From contig CM022672.1 in assembly GCA_012295275.1 (NCBI GenBank), forward strand, positions 5,146,001 through 5,210,000: DNA of 64,000 nucleotides, written 5' to 3'. Position numbers and translations under genes: made by a program. The notes beneath the pieces were generated by a model, which made no database searches, was not told the DNA's origin, and worked only from the letters and a program-made list of their open reading frames with translations. This DNA is from Chrysomallon squamiferum. Its lineage: Eukaryota > Animalia > Mollusca. Positions 51,952-64,000 of this stretch are shown one piece after another. Positions within the stretch are counted from its first letter, which is position 1, and each line of letters starts with the position of its first letter.

Positions 51952-52289
51952 TTATTTTTTATTTTTTTTTTTTATCAGAAAGCTGACACAAAAATTATGT
52001 TATTGACTTAATAGTTACAGTCGTAATTCTGTAAAATTTGTGCTGCTAGTTCTAAACCGAAAGATTACCTTGTAAATAAAGAAATAACAATAAATAATGC
52101 TTATCGAGAAACTATCAAGTTCCTGTCAGATGAAATCCGAAGCGAGGGGGGTGGTGGTGGTGGTGGAAGTATTCTGTACTGTTTCAAAAACTTGTTCAAT
52201 AACTGTCATTGTTAATAAACATAATAATGAAAATAATTTACCAGATTAACACAATGGATTTTTCCTTATTTATAACTGTCTGTTTTTTT

Positions 52290-52382
<93 letters not shown>

Positions 52383-52636
52383 TAATAACAGTTAATAATA
52401 TTCTTGTCTTATATATTTTTTTCTATAACTGCTACACGGATGAAGTGTAATGTTGAAAATAATTACAATATCATGTATGAACTTAGTAACATAAGCTTAT
52501 TAGAAAGTAAAAAGGAATAAAATAACTGGTAAGAGAAAAACGTATTTTATTTTTTTAAATTGTTTTTAATATATTGTTTTAAATTTTATTTATTTATTTA
52601 TTTATGCATTTGTTGCTCTTCTGTTATTGTTTGTTG

Positions 52637-52682
<46 letters not shown>

Positions 52683-54672
52683 TTGGGGCGATTCTTATTT
52701 TATTAGAGGTCTTATTAAAGTGACATTTCATTAATTTGTTTATAATTCTAATTTTTGAAAATACAATAACTCGTGAAAGGCTGAGCTCACTTCGTTCGAC
52801 GTCAGAATAGGCACAATTTCCAACAGCGTAGGAGTGAAGGTTCTTCTCGTTTTCTTTTCCTTTATTTATTTTTTTTTTTTTATTTTTTATTTTTTAATTA
52901 AATACATCATACTCTCGTATTAAAATTACAGCGTTCTATATTATATGTAATTGAAACTGTTACAGTATTTAGAATATTATCATTTAAAACAATATAATTT
53001 TTACTTTCGGCTGTAACGCACACCAGTTCGGCTCTGTTAGTTAATTAAATCGAATATTTACTATAACAAATCTGTTATGCTGTTTCATGATATAATTAAT
53101 TATTAAGACCTGTCTAACATTTGTCGGCGCCAGACTCTTTTCTGTAAAATTTACTTGCAGAACATTAACGATTTAATCACCAAAAATTTCAGTTTATTTA
53201 CTATGAAGTTCTTTATGTATGAACACTGATCTAAAACAAGTCATCACATAAAATAATTTATAAATTTCAAATAGAATTCACCCATATAATATCCTGATGC
53301 TCATAACATGCAGTGGTTTGAATACTGCTAATAAAGATCGCCAGTCATAATCGAAAGATATTGTCTCTGTTGTTGGTGATTGTAAATGAAAAGATCGTTG
53401 AAAAGCTTAAAAAAAGGCAAAAAAAATATTAGAAAACGTGAAAAAATATTTTCATCTTCTCTGTGAGAATACATCTTTTTTGTCTAACCAGTAAAAACTT
53501 AAACTAAATATATTTTAATGTAGAGTAAATATTAAAACAAAGCGTTCTGATTAAACTCTAACGTAACGAAAAACTAGGACTAAAATTCAGAGAAGACACA
53601 AAAAACTTTTTTTTTTTTTTTTTTTTTTTTAGCGAATGACAATAAATAAATTACACCGAAAACAGAAAATATAATTTTCAAAAAATAAATTCATCATTGT
53701 TAGAGAGTCTGCTAAAGTGATATCTATGTACAGTTATATACATTCAATATAATGAATAGTATCCATTAAAAAAAATCAGAAAAATGGCAAACTGTACAAC
53801 TTCTAAAAAAGAATAATAAAAAATTAACTTAAAACGATTTACAGAAGAATAACATTTAATATATTATAAAATAAATTAAATCTTAGATAAAATGCCAATG
53901 TTTTAGAAGAGATCTTTGCGGGAATAAATGAATGGTAGCGCTGTATTATTCATATTCTGATCTCCTTTGAGAATCTAAATTTATTTTTATTATTTTTATT
54001 ATTATGTAAAACGGATATATATATATATAAAGAATGAGTAATAATAATGTTGTTTGTTGTTGTTGTTGTTGTTCTTCTTCTTCTTACTATTAGTAGTAGT
54101 AGTAGCAGTTGTAAAGTAGTAGTAGTAGTTGTTGTAGCATTAGAAGTAGTGGTAGTATACAGGGAAAACAGAAAAATAAAACACAACAGGCCTACGGTAT
54201 TGAAATTTGATTTGTCGTAAAGATTTCAAGGATACATTGATGACGTAATGATAAAGGCCTATTCGCTTTATTAAAAAGGTATTAACTTCTTATCAAAACA
54301 TGCAGCAACCTTTAAACGCTCCATAATGCGGCTGCAGATGTAGGCTGTGAATGAATTTTTATCGTAATAATCTTTATTGTCGGGTTGATGTCATAAATAT
54401 ATTTGTCGTGCGCTTTGTAATGCACGTCGTATTTCATCTCTAAGCATTTGCATACGAAAGGTTATAAAGATTGTCATACCTGAGACTGGGTGAAATGTAA
54501 TTATTTGTTCAACCTAAACCACGTGGAAGTGATGTATGAAATAGTTACCTTGCACGTGCGGAACGTGTGTTCTATTTTGAAGCGTTTGTCTGAGAGACTT
54601 CAGATTCTGTTCGGACAGGATCTCGTTAACACTTTCCTCACATCTTTCTCGTCCATCAATGAAAGTCTGAAA

Positions 54673-55244
54673 ATGGCGACGCGGATTTTTATTTTGTTTT
54701 GTCTGCCACTCTTTTCATCAGCGTTTATGAGGAATATCTTTGGAAATGGTAAGTGCTGAAAAATCTGTTTATACATTTTCTTTCTTTCTTTCTTTCTTTT
54801 TTTTTTTTTTAAATTTAATATGTAATACGAAATAAAAATTTAAAAAATCCTGATCTTATTTTGATAATTTAATAAATCATGCATGTCGCTAAAACACCGA
54901 TTTGTTTAATTTTTAATTTGATTTACGTGTAGTACTGGTTGATTATTTCAAAGAATATTAAACATAAATTATTTCTTAATGTGAATCGGACCGGTATAAA
55001 ACTTTTAATACAACTGTAATAACTGTATTATAATAACACACTGCAGAAAGAGAGATCACTATAATTCTGAGATTTGATGTCTAAGAGGTATGAATGATAC
55101 GTAACTAAAAGAAAATTAAAATCTGTAGTAGAACACTGAAAAGACTCGTTTACATCATTCGTTGGCATGAATGAAACGTGAAAGTCGTGTACAGTTCGGA
55201 ATACTGTGATTGTAAAGACTGAGTCTTCTGATTATAAACTGAAT

Positions 55245-55275
<31 letters not shown>

Positions 55276-58053
55276 TATATTTGTTGCACTATAGTTGTAT
55301 TCATTATTAACTTGTATGTATAAATTCTTTCAGCATCACAGTACGACTGTCACAATTGTAATGTGTGTGTGTGTGTGTATATATATATAAAACGTTAAAG
55401 TACTGGAATGACTAGCGTGCTATGTCAGTACATCAGTCCTGTTAATTTGATTGTAAACCTCAATAATGTGGTCATTATTATTATTACTATTAGTAGTAGT
55501 ATTAGTGTTATTAAAGTTAACCCATATTTAAAATTCTCCTTACTCTAAATAATTTATCTGAACAGATTCAGAACTGTTTTAGTTAAAATACCTCTTTTTT
55601 TGTAGTTATCAGAAGACAAAAGAATAATAAATTTAAAAATTCCCTGATCAGGATGTTACATCGTTTTTTTTATTTAAAAACAAATTTTTACCTGAAACTG
55701 TAGCAGACCTACTGGAAATAATAAATGTTTGGACACAAATATTTATTTCTAAAACATTACAGAGCAGGATTTGTCCAAAATATTTCAGTTTATCTTTTGA
55801 TTTAAGACTGTTAAAGATCATGAAATTTCCTAAACTTTTTGATGAGTGGATAAGCTGATGGTTACATCCACAATTATCTGAGAGAGCAGATTTTTGTTGC
55901 TTTCTAAATTAGAAATGTATACTTCAGAATATCTTAAATCTGTAAACAGAATGCACCAATTTTGTCTGTGTGTAAAAGTGGATGTTTTTAGAGACATGCT
56001 AATTTTGTTCACTTACTTATATTTATACTAAATCAGCCTAATAAGTTAAATAATCAAGTGCTGAGGTTATTCGTTCGTTCGTTCGTTCGTTCGTTCGTTC
56101 ATTCGTTCGTTCGTTCGTTCGTTCGTTCGTTCGTTCGTTCTTTCATTCATTCATTCCTTTTTGCACAAAGGGCCCTTGTTTCAAACACACGTAATATTAA
56201 TCACTTGATAATTGTGTTAAAAAGATATGAGTGATTTTAACCCAGGTCATGTTGTTAAAAATACACTTGCCAGATTTCAAGTGACTGTTGTATCTGGACA
56301 TAATGATGTACAAGTGGATACATAGGTGAAAACGTATCTCGCTAACTTTTTAATTGCTGATAGTGTCGCAGAAAAGACCAATCGACATGCAGTGGTTGAT
56401 GTAACTGATAGCTTGAAGATGTCGCTGACTTTCATTAAACTCGACTGAATGGGATGTTTATCTGCAAGTCTCAGTGACATAATTTGTACAGATTACGAAA
56501 CTGAGTATCAATTGAAATATCAAAAGAAGTAATAGAATGAGTTTAAAAAACTGAAGAAATTTAACATAGGTGAAGAAAATCATTTTAAAATAAGTAGATT
56601 TAAAACAAAATCGAGTTTAAACTGAAAAGTATTTTAGTAAATTTCTGATAGTTATTCCACACAAAAGAATATTTTTTACTGTCCTAAAAATGTATTGCTT
56701 CCTTTACCTTCCAATGAGTTAAGATTTAACAATACTGTTTATGAAATTTTAAGCATCTTTACTGTAATTCTAATTCTGTCGATTATTTGGTACATTATCA
56801 GGAATTTCCCATGCCTTATTCAGTTATTAACACTGAATAAAATATATATAAATCTAAATTTCATTGTAATTAAGAAACAAAATTTAATATTTTTTCTGTT
56901 TCACAATGTATATTTTTAAATAAATGTTGAAATTACAAAAGTTGAAATTCATATTACAGAAATTTTATTACAGAAACCATTAAATGTCAGATATTTAATA
57001 ATTTTTTTTTTTCAAAATTCTTTCATTAGAATATTCAAAAACAGTATTAGAATCAAACATTTCTTCATACCAAACATACCGTATATACTTGTGTATAAGT
57101 CGAATTTTTGGGAGATTATATTAAGGTAATATTTGGGGGGTCGACTTATACATAGGTAATGCTTTTGTAGCTGTTGCTGAAGAGTCGCCATTTTGACTGT
57201 TTTTTGCTACGGGATGCATCTAAAATAATCGCGGTCTTTCAGCTTTTCAAAAATATAATTTTATCGTATAAAAAATTTTGAAAAATTAAATAACAAAACC
57301 AAATATGAATGTAAAACATGATATTCTTCCGTTTAATGACATAAAAATACATTTTAAAGCGAAAAAACCGTCAGTAAGGCGTTATGCCTTACGGCGTCTT
57401 GCAGTGATCTAGGAATGCAGACTTCTCTGCCAAATTGCACTAAATATCGGTCCTAATTTCATAAACAAAACTCACTTGTGTAATTGAAAAGAATTTGGTG
57501 AAATAATATTGCAATCGTCATTAATATCCACTACCGACAAAACGAAAACAAAGTGACGGTGCCTGGAATCTACAGTCGACTTATACACAAGTAATACCTA
57601 AAATGACGCGATTTTTGGTCTTAAAATACACATCGACGTATACATAAGGTCGCCTTGTACACAAGTATATACGGTAACAGCAATTAATAGTCATTAACAT
57701 TTTTGATTAGTAATGTGAAGACTTTTTGTGTTCACAGGAGATGGTAAACCATGTGAAGCTGAAGAGTTCCAATGTGAAGATAAAGTGTGTATCTCTGTCA
57801 GTCAGTTATGTAATGGGCAGAGGGACTGCAGCAATGGTGAAGATGAGACTGAAGCACAATGTCGTGTGTAGATTTTAATTTCAATTATGACACATATAGT
57901 ATCATATTTATTAAAATCATGAATAAAATTGAGTTAGGTTTGCTTTTTATTCGTATCTTTCACACTATTTCCTGAAAACAAAAAGCTTAACTTGAAGCTG
58001 AAGATGACCTTTCAGATGAACTTTCTTGTCGTAAATATAAACTATATATATAT

Positions 58054-58085
<32 letters not shown>

Positions 58086-61000
58086 TTGAGCACAGCAAAT
58101 ATTACCATTAACAAGTTCCAAACTCAAAAGTAAACTATTTTTAAAATGTTGCTATTTTGATTTGATAAATTCTTAGCAATTAATGGTTTTATCTTTACCA
58201 TTTGTAGTAAATACTTTGTAAAGAATTAATGAAATATGATAACATTTTAATCTGGAAATGATTTACAGTGTTAAACTTAATGTTCCTTAATGTTTTGTTA
58301 ATGTTTATACAGTTTATAAAATGAACACAAATACCAGAAATAACAAATCAGCTCTAAATCATTTGACAGAACAGAGCTACAAAAGGATGTTCTTTATTCA
58401 TTCCATATAAGCAGTTTTCTTTATTCATTCCACATAAGTAAGTACATCAGTAGTTTTTATTTTCATATTATTTAATTGTTTTCATTTAAATTTTTATTTT
58501 ATTTTTTATAGCAAATTCTGTCATCAATTATACAATGTGTACATCACCCGAAATCTACTGTTCCAGTCCACCATCTTGTTTGTCGTCAAACAGGATCTGT
58601 GACAACCAAAGAGACTGCGACGATGGATCTGATGAAGTTAACTGTATGTTGTAAAAATCATTTACGCTGAAGTTTCTAATAAGAAAAATAGTACAAAGTC
58701 ACATAATCATAGATTTGAAATGTTGTTAAATATTCCATTCATACACAAGTCTTCAGTTAATCTTAAAATGTGTACAGAACATTTATATGTCATAAACTGA
58801 TTAGCAGTTGTTCTATGCTTGCTGTTCAAATGATAAAATAAACTATTACCGAACTGATAAAGAATGTTAAACTTAATTACAGCACTTTCAAAAATGACTT
58901 AAAATTTTGCAGTCTGATAAATAAAAAGTGTTAAATGTTTCCAGGTACTTACAAATGCCCCCACACTCAGTTCTTGTGTCAGAATTCATCATTCTGCATT
59001 GACAACGAATACCGCTGTGATGGGAAAATAGACTGTGAATTTGAAGATGACGAAGACGGCTGTGGTAATTTAAGTCTGGGAATATTTGTGAAGTTCAAAT
59101 TTGCACGTCTTGCTTTACCATTAGAACTAACATTCTGTGGTTGTTTAGCTGTGAAATTGTGTAGATTTGGCTTTGCTTTTTGCCAGTGCGGTAAACTCAC
59201 TGAAAGCAGTGTTTTCTTGTCCTGTGAATGCTACATCTGACTACTTCAAAATATTACATAGGGTCAAAAATACAGGAATTTTAAATTTTAAACTTGTAAC
59301 ATTTGTACTGAAGAATCTATTGATAAGTCATAAATATAAAAGAATTTTTAAATTTTTTTATCGTGAATAAAGTATTGATAATTTAGATATATTTCAAAAA
59401 TACAAATGTAATTGATTAATTAAGGATCTCATTTTCATCTGACATGATTAAAAGTTTAGACATTTGTAATTTGTAATTGTTTTGTTTGACAGAAACAGCA
59501 GAGTACTGTGGTGCTGAACATGGAAGGTTTCTGTGTCGTGGTTCACAGCTGAGCTGTATTGAGACTGACAAAGTGTGTGATGGACAAGCTGACTGTGTTG
59601 ATGCTTCTGATGAGAAGGACAACTGTTGTAAGTACACATGCAGTCCACTCACCCTCAACACACTGATTTTTAACATGACAAATCTAATTATCTGCTTTTT
59701 GATATGAGAGAGATGCTGAATGAAATTATTCTTTTGTTAATACAAGAGCCATGTTGAATCAGATTTCGTGAATCATGAGAGAAATTGTGAATCTTTGCTC
59801 TTGTCTGAAACCCCCCCAAAAAATCCAGTGTTGAATCAAATTTTCTTGTTTTGATTTTTGAGTGCCAGATTCAGTCTAATATTTTAGTTTCAGTAGATAA
59901 GAAAGACATGACATTTAAAGACAAACACAGTCAGTGTAACACAACTTTAATCTCATTTTTGTCTTGTTACAATTCAATTTCAAATTTATCTAATTTAAAT
60001 AAAATTAATTTTCAGCTATTGTTTGTAAAGCCCTGGCTTGTCAACATGGCTGTTTGCTGGCTCCTGAAGGAATCAGTTGTAACTGTCTCAGTGGTTACAA
60101 GCTGGGTGATGACTCCAGGACATGCTTAGGTAAGAAGTAAAATCTATCATTGTAGTTGATTGTAAAATACAAGTAAGGTATCTGATCACTGATCCAGTCA
60201 CCTTGGGTCCAGAGGTCCCTGGATTTCTGTATTTTCCTGATTTCTAGGTCAACGCTTAAACAACAACTTGAATGAAAAGGTACTGGATGTATCTTCTCTT
60301 ACTGATTATCTTGTGACAACAGTGGCCTTTACGTCGAACAATTCCAAATGATTTTGTTCTTTAATAATACACCCATATCTTGCTAAAGATGGTATAACAA
60401 TTAAAACAAAACATTCTCATGAGAGTAAACCTGGCATTTAAGCTTTTAATTTCATTTTACACTACTTAAATGAAATATATACAATTCGACAGAATTGCTT
60501 ATTTACCGTAAAGTTACTTCATGCTCAGTCTGTCAAGGATGTGTTAACTGTTGAATAAATGCTACTAATGTCTGATGACCTGAACTGTCTGTCCTCTTCC
60601 TGCAGACATAGATGAATGTGAAAACATGGGTGGGCCAAATTCCTGCAGTCATTTTTGTGAAAACACAGAAGGCTCATTTTCCTGTTCCTGCTTGTCTGGA
60701 TATGTTTTGGGTGCTGATGAAAGAACTTGCCATGCTGAAGGTAAAATTGATATTCAAATAGTTTACTTTTCAGCTGATCACTTACTATATTTACAATGTG
60801 TATTCAAATTATAAATGTCACATGTATGGTAAAAGTTGTCAATGGCTTTATGACAATTACAAGTAAATGGTTATGGTAAAAGTAATTTCAGATATGACAC
60901 TCATAATTATATCAGAACAGGATTTCTGCTTCTTGTGTCGTAAAGAAATAAAAGTTAGGTTCCAGATAATATTATGAATAAATCTGACTTCAGAACAAAG

Positions 61001-63908
61001 ATGAGAGAGTTCACTGGAAGTCATTCCAAATTTTGTGAAATTGAAAAATAGGGGTAAAATATACATTTTTCACTTTGGTGTAAAACGAACATGTAATCCT
61101 TGCTTAAGTAGAAATTAAATACTTAAAACTTAGAGAAACTGTCATTGTAAATGTTTGTTTTTCTAGGTGAAGGAGCTCTGTTTATATTTTCAACAAGTTC
61201 AGACATTCGAGAGTATTTTCTTTCTTCAAACAGCTACAACACAGTTGGAAAACTGAGACATGGAAGCATTGGCGACATTGGTAAGTTGACAGTTTAATTA
61301 CGTGATTTTGGAACTTTCATTAATTCTCTTTTGGAATTTTTATTTGAATGGAAAAAATGGATACAACACTGGAAATGCATCATCAGGTTTGCAAGAGAAA
61401 GTGAACAACTTGTCAGAAATGTATCAGACCACTGCAGTCCATAAGATGTCGACTGTATTGTGTACTATGAGGATGAGAGCAAAAGATGAAACAATTCTAA
61501 AGCAGAAGATATAAGACCAGTAGATGACCCTTTCATCCTTCAGCAGCACAAGCAGCACTCGGTACACTGCAGGAAGACCATTTCTCAAAGGAATCATCAT
61601 ACCTGCTAGTGTTTGTGTTTCCTGTATTTTAGATCATATGTAACACACTGAAATAGCCAGTAAGATGTAGCATTCATTGAAAAAGAAAACACTGCTCCAG
61701 ATCATCAGAAGGCTGCTTACAAAAAAAAAATTGTTTAATTTGCTCAAGATCCACGAGAAATTTGCTTTACTGAAGGTAAACTGTGAAACTGCCATCCTCC
61801 AAGTTTCATTTTGCTGAAGTTGAGAACCGTTTCTTCCATTAGGAGGAACACATGACAGCTTGGGCTGGCCAGACTACCCAGTGATCCTCTAGTCCAGTAC
61901 AGCTCTCAGTGGACATTATTCCATGAACAACTGGATGTTAGCTGTTTACATCCAGTTTGATACGTATGTCAGAACCTGCCTGTTAGTGAATGTGTAAAAC
62001 TGGTAGCTCACTGAATGTGGGTTTTGCTTTTTGGTTAAAAAGAAAACCTGGGTAATAGAATTTGTTGAAGTTAAAATGTACATTAACTTTGTAAAATGGA
62101 TAAATCAGTGGATTGTAGCTCAGTGTGGTGTTTTAACTGGTTACTGTACCCAGTGGGTATGTCCTGTTCCATGACAGATTAATAATGTGATAGTATTTTT
62201 ACTTTTACTATGGGAAGATGCATTTAAAACCAGTTTTTTTAATAACCAGTGGCTTAGTCACAACTGATTCCTTCTCATACATTTTCCTTATCTCACATTA
62301 TGCTTTATAACATTAAAATGATTTTGGTTTCTTAGTTTTCTTTCACTTACTAATGTTTGTGTACTATGTGGAGAGTTGGTGTATCAGGACTTGTTATACA
62401 ATCTGGTTACAGATGTGGACAGCAGAAGTCGTACTATTTACTGGACAGACAGACGCGAGAGAAAAGTTTTTTCACAGACAGTGGGCCACGGAAACAAGAA
62501 TGTTATCATTTCAATGGGTATGATTAGTTCTATAAACATGTTTATTAATGTCAAATCTCACGAATAAGTGATTTTTTAAAATATGTATTGTGATTTTCAC
62601 TAAATTTGTTCCGAAAACAAATGAAGATTTTTTGTTTTATGTGATATGTCTTAACAATGGATTAATAAGCTATAAACGTAACTGATCTATAGCTTCAGAT
62701 ATTGTTAAATGTTTTTTCTTCTGGAAAAAGAAAATGTAGTTTACAGTCAGTTGTCATAACTATGTTTCTTAGTATGGATTAAGTTCAGCAACTTGATGTA
62801 CTTCATTTCAAGCACGTTTTAGATAAAATGTTTTAAAATAAATCCTCTTAAAAACTATTTATGATAAAACTGAGTTGGAACAAAAGTTCACAGCATTTAG
62901 ACAAGTTCATCAGAAAGAGGCAGAGTTTTGGGAGGATGGAAGGTGACAAACAGTAGTGTAAAAAAATGGCACATGTGTTGTTGAATAACCAGTTTACGAA
63001 TATTTAAATATAATCTTTTAAATTTCACTTTAAAAATACTGAGAATATCGGTTCCAAACCAATACTTTGTGTATATATTTTTCTGAAGGTTTGGACACTC
63101 CTGAAGGACTAGCTTACGACTGGATTGGGAAGTTGCTGTACATCGTGGACAGTGGTAAGCATGCAGTTCTGGCTTGCACTGTGGATGGATCTGACTGTAC
63201 GTTCATTTTGACCAAGCTGACATCTCCAAGAGACATAGTGGTGGATCCAGTCTCCAAGCAAGTTGTTTAATATCTCTCAATTCATTAGTTTCATTTGAAA
63301 ATTAGAAAATCAACTGTTTGCAAAGATTAAGTAACTACAAATTATTTTACTAATAAACAGCCTAATTTCAAGTGTTGGAAGTAGCAGCTTTTTTGTTTTA
63401 AAAGCAGAAAGAACCTCCATCACATTTTAGAAATGGAATTTTATTTATTTTGCTGGTTAAAGTTGTTAAAATAGTTCAGAAATGAATTCTTGATAAAGAA
63501 TTATCCATAAGGTAAAAAGAATATCATTGCTTTTAAGATCATGTTAACTATATAAAATTTCAAAAATGTTTTTTTTTTTTTTTTGATATTTGAATTTATC
63601 TTTTTTATTTAACTAAACTTTGAGGAATATTTTAATATCACTAAATTTGTAAAAAAAAAAAAAAAAAAATAAAAAAAATAAAATAAAAAGATTTCCTTTT
63701 CAGGTGTTTTTACTGGACAGAAGTTTCCCGAGTGAATCCCAAAATCAGAAAGGCTGCAATGGATGGAAGCGAAGCAGATGATTTTGTGTCTTCCCAGCTT
63801 GGAGAGCCACGCAATCTCGTGATAGACTACACACTGGGCAAACTGTTCTGGATTGACGAAATTCACTTTATCATTGACAGCATCAATCTGGATGGAACTG
63901 GCAGAAAG
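54673..63908 (+). CDS. LDL receptor-related protein, vitellogenin-receptor/yolkless-like architecture; 5' part only, continues beyond the right edge
   Basis: Exons: 54673-54748 (signal peptide); 57738-57863, 58512-58643, 58945-59064 and 59493-59627 (four LDLa repeats, C..DC..G.DE); 60016-60129 (EGF); 60606-60740 (Ca-binding EGF DIDEC); 61167-61280, 62413-62517 (YWTD), 63089-63257 ([10 protein letters not shown]) and 63704-~63908 (YWTE, MDGS, FWID). Phases are consistent. The last donor is uncertain. Confidence 0.85.
56069..56157. repeat. (TTCG)n/(TTCA)n microsatellite
   Basis: Directly visible. A CpG-containing tetranucleotide array. Confidence 0.9.
56277..56480 (-). mobile_element. Possible fossil of a hAT transposase C-terminal dimerisation domain
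   Basis: [40 protein letters not shown] loosely follows the P.L..L..I.L..P.STA.CER.FS.L..IK...R pattern, but the key residues are degenerate. Confidence 0.25.
57079..57674. mobile_element. Non-autonomous Tc1/mariner-pogo type MITE (596 bp) in intron 1 of the LRP gene
   Basis: Left TIR CCGTATATACTTGTGTATAAGTCGA; right TIR (reverse complement) CCGTATATACTTGTGTACAAGGCGA. TA on both flanks (57077-78, 57675-76). Subterminal TCGACTTATAC-type repeats at ~57140, ~57576 and ~57632. No ORF. Confidence 0.85.
62110..62260 (+). mobile_element. Degenerate tRNA-derived SINE relic
   Basis: It starts with A-box-like GTAGCTCAGTG and has weak similarity to the 3915-4110 island. Confidence 0.25.
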
Positions 63909-64000
63909 GCAAACATTTCATTAAACTGGGTTTCTCTTGGTTAATCCTTACTGTAAGAACAACCCAAAAGAACAACAAAAAAAAACACCCATGGATATAT

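Noticed and set aside
225-63944. Germline/oocyte functional cluster (TDRD5-like plus VgR-like) or peptidase cluster (RNPEP plus DPP7)
   Set aside because: These are unrelated families separated by housekeeping genes. The sequence alone gives no evidence of co-regulation beyond adjacency.

Overview
This is AT-rich, microsatellite-rich animal DNA, not prokaryotic. A mollusc, possibly a gastropod, is a guess from gene and repeat content. Seven protein-coding genes were reconstructed by eye from splice sites and reading-frame phase. In order: a TDRD5-like triple-LOTUS gene (minus, runs off the left edge); TTC19 (plus, 2 exons); SLC39A7/ZIP7/Catsup (minus, 3 exons); aminopeptidase B RNPEP (minus, 14 exons); DPP7 (minus, 11 exons, with a 20.6-kb intron 2); an orphan class-A GPCR with an intronless CDS, nested on the same strand inside that intron and carrying one frameshift before TM7; and an LDL-receptor-family, vitellogenin-receptor-like gene (plus, runs off the right edge). 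Repeats include a ~600-bp pogo/mariner-type MITE, a 1.75-kb minisatellite, a foldback with internal 58-bp repeats, and SINE/LINE relics. The most notable observations are the nested atypical GPCR with upstream RFX X-box motifs, the TTC19-ZIP7 tail-to-tail pairing, three cases of decayed exon-edge duplicates beside real exons, a GC-AG intron, and a candidate 42-nt Cys-rich cassette exon in the receptor gene. No wholly new multi-gene system is demonstrated.
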